From assembly GCA_047495785.1 (NCBI GenBank), contig JBLDXI010000033.1, positions 2,728,001-2,792,000 of the forward strand: a stretch of 64,000 nt of DNA, given 5' to 3'. The notes under the pieces were generated by a model. It was not told where the DNA came from and did no database searches. It saw nothing but the letters and a program-made list of their open reading frames with translations. This DNA comes from Lepidodermella squamata (Eukaryota > Animalia > Gastrotricha). This document shows positions 62,629 to 64,000 of this stretch, piece by piece; the first letter of the stretch is position 1; every line of letters begins with the position of its first letter. Both the position numbers and the translations under genes were made by a program.

Positions 62629-64000
62629 ATGAGTGATGATGAAGACTTCTCAATCAAACGAACCAGCAAAAAGCGAGTTCTTACCGTTGTGAACGACGAA
62701 TCGGACGCCGAGGAATTTCCATCCGGCGGCGATAGCGAAGAGGTCAGTCTCATCGAGTATATGTGGCCACTTGTACATTATTATATTTTAAAAGGAATCG
62801 GAAGTGAAACCTGCGAAGCGGAAATCAGTACCAAAGAAACCAGCGACCAAGGCAGTCGTTCAAACAGGGCCGCGAATAAATGCTATAAACAGCACGAACA
62901 CTGGTCCACCTCGAAAATTTATCTTCGGCAACCGAGCTCCACGTCCAGTTCTGTTGAACAAACCTTTTACATGCAGTTCAGCGCCTACGGAGAACAAGGC
63001 TGCCGCACCGGCGTCTTCAACAGGCGATGGCTCCGAATCGAGCGCAACCGCTTCTTCAGGACATGTAAGAGGAAGGTAGCTCATTGAATATCGTCAACTG
63101 ATTCTTGCTTTGTTCTAGGAAAGTCTTATCAAAAAGGTTTTGAACAAACCGTTCAAAATCCCAACGATGAACGGTTCGTCTGTGTCTTCATCAAGTACCT
63201 CCTCGCTGCACCTTGGAATGCGCAGGCCCGGCCAGAAGCGCTCTCTTCACGACCCGTTTGAAGAAGACGCCCTGGTCTTGTATACACCGCCTGAAGTTTC
63301 TGCTGACGAGAAGATGAAATTGGCGCCCGATAAGATTGAAGTTCACGTTGTTGTAGACCCTGTCTTGTCGAAAATTCTCCGGCCTCATCAGCGCGAAGGT
63401 GTTCGTTTCATGTACGAATGTGTAACTGGCGTGAGGATACCTGGTTCTTTCGGTTGCATTTTGGCTGATGAAATGTAACACTGCCTTCTAATCTAAGACT
63501 GTAATATAAATAATCGTGAAATTTCAGGGGTCTTGGTAAAACGTTGCAAGTTGTTACTTTGCTTTGGACTCTTCTTCGACAATCACCCACCGGAGGCGCG
63601 ACAGTTGAACGTGCCTGTGTAGTTTGCCCAACAGCCCTTGTCAAAAACTGGGCAAACGAGTTCGATAAATGGCTCGGCGTGGGAAGGTGTGGAGCTTTAG
63701 TACTCGACGGTACTCTGTCTTCCGAAGACATCGATAAGCGAATAGTTTCATTTGGAGCGTATGTTTTAAAGCTGTTCTGCTTTGATTGACAGTCTTCACA
63801 TGTTTTTCCAGTCAAATGGGCTGCCGTCGTCCGACTCCGGTGCTCATCATATCTTACGATACATTCCGGCTTCACATGAATGTGATAAAAAATTCAGCTC
63901 GTCTCGGTATTATTGTGTGCGACGAAGGTCATCGTCTGAAAAACGCCGACAGTCAGACTTATCAAGCGTTGCTAGCCGTGGGTGTGCAACGGCGAGTTCT
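62629..64000 (+). CDS. RAD54L: DNA repair and recombination protein RAD54 (SNF2 family), 5' part, runs off the window
   Basis: Rad54_N ([46 protein letters not shown]), [40 protein letters not shown]. Confidence 0.93.

Overview
Eukaryotic, gene-dense invertebrate DNA with very short (~45-65 nt) GT-AG introns. Ordinary host genes: two SLC2A/GLUT-type sugar transporters, a doublecortin + multi-PLAT (RP1/LOXHD1-like) gene, an intronless Jun-like bZIP, an arrestin-domain gene, ISCA1, GNL2/NOG2, an ADAM metalloprotease, three tandem calcyphosin-like EF-hand genes and the 5' part of RAD54, plus several MITEs. The main finding is a ~16.9 kb foreign block (4898-21754) that splits the second GLUT gene between ...QLTGIGAI and MYYAS.... 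It carries (i) a spliced gene (13798-18991) with an unusual apparent architecture: RPA70/MEIOB-like OB fold(s), three RRM-like modules, a Cys cluster and a C-terminal GIY-YIG-like nuclease; (ii) upstream of it, a ~2.3 kb scrambled, same-strand mosaic of about 25 short diverged fragments of that same gene family, apparently taken from related copies rather than from the neighbour; (iii) an intact all-phase-2 micro-exon coiled-coil gene missed by the ORF track; (iv) a myosin-rod gene fragment; and (v) at its right junction, an inverted 27-bp copy of the GLUT target motif that differs only at synonymous positions. Together these suggest a mobile nuclease element with a fragment archive of its own relatives. 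That interpretation is inference. Domain calls are by-eye motif recognition, not database searches.
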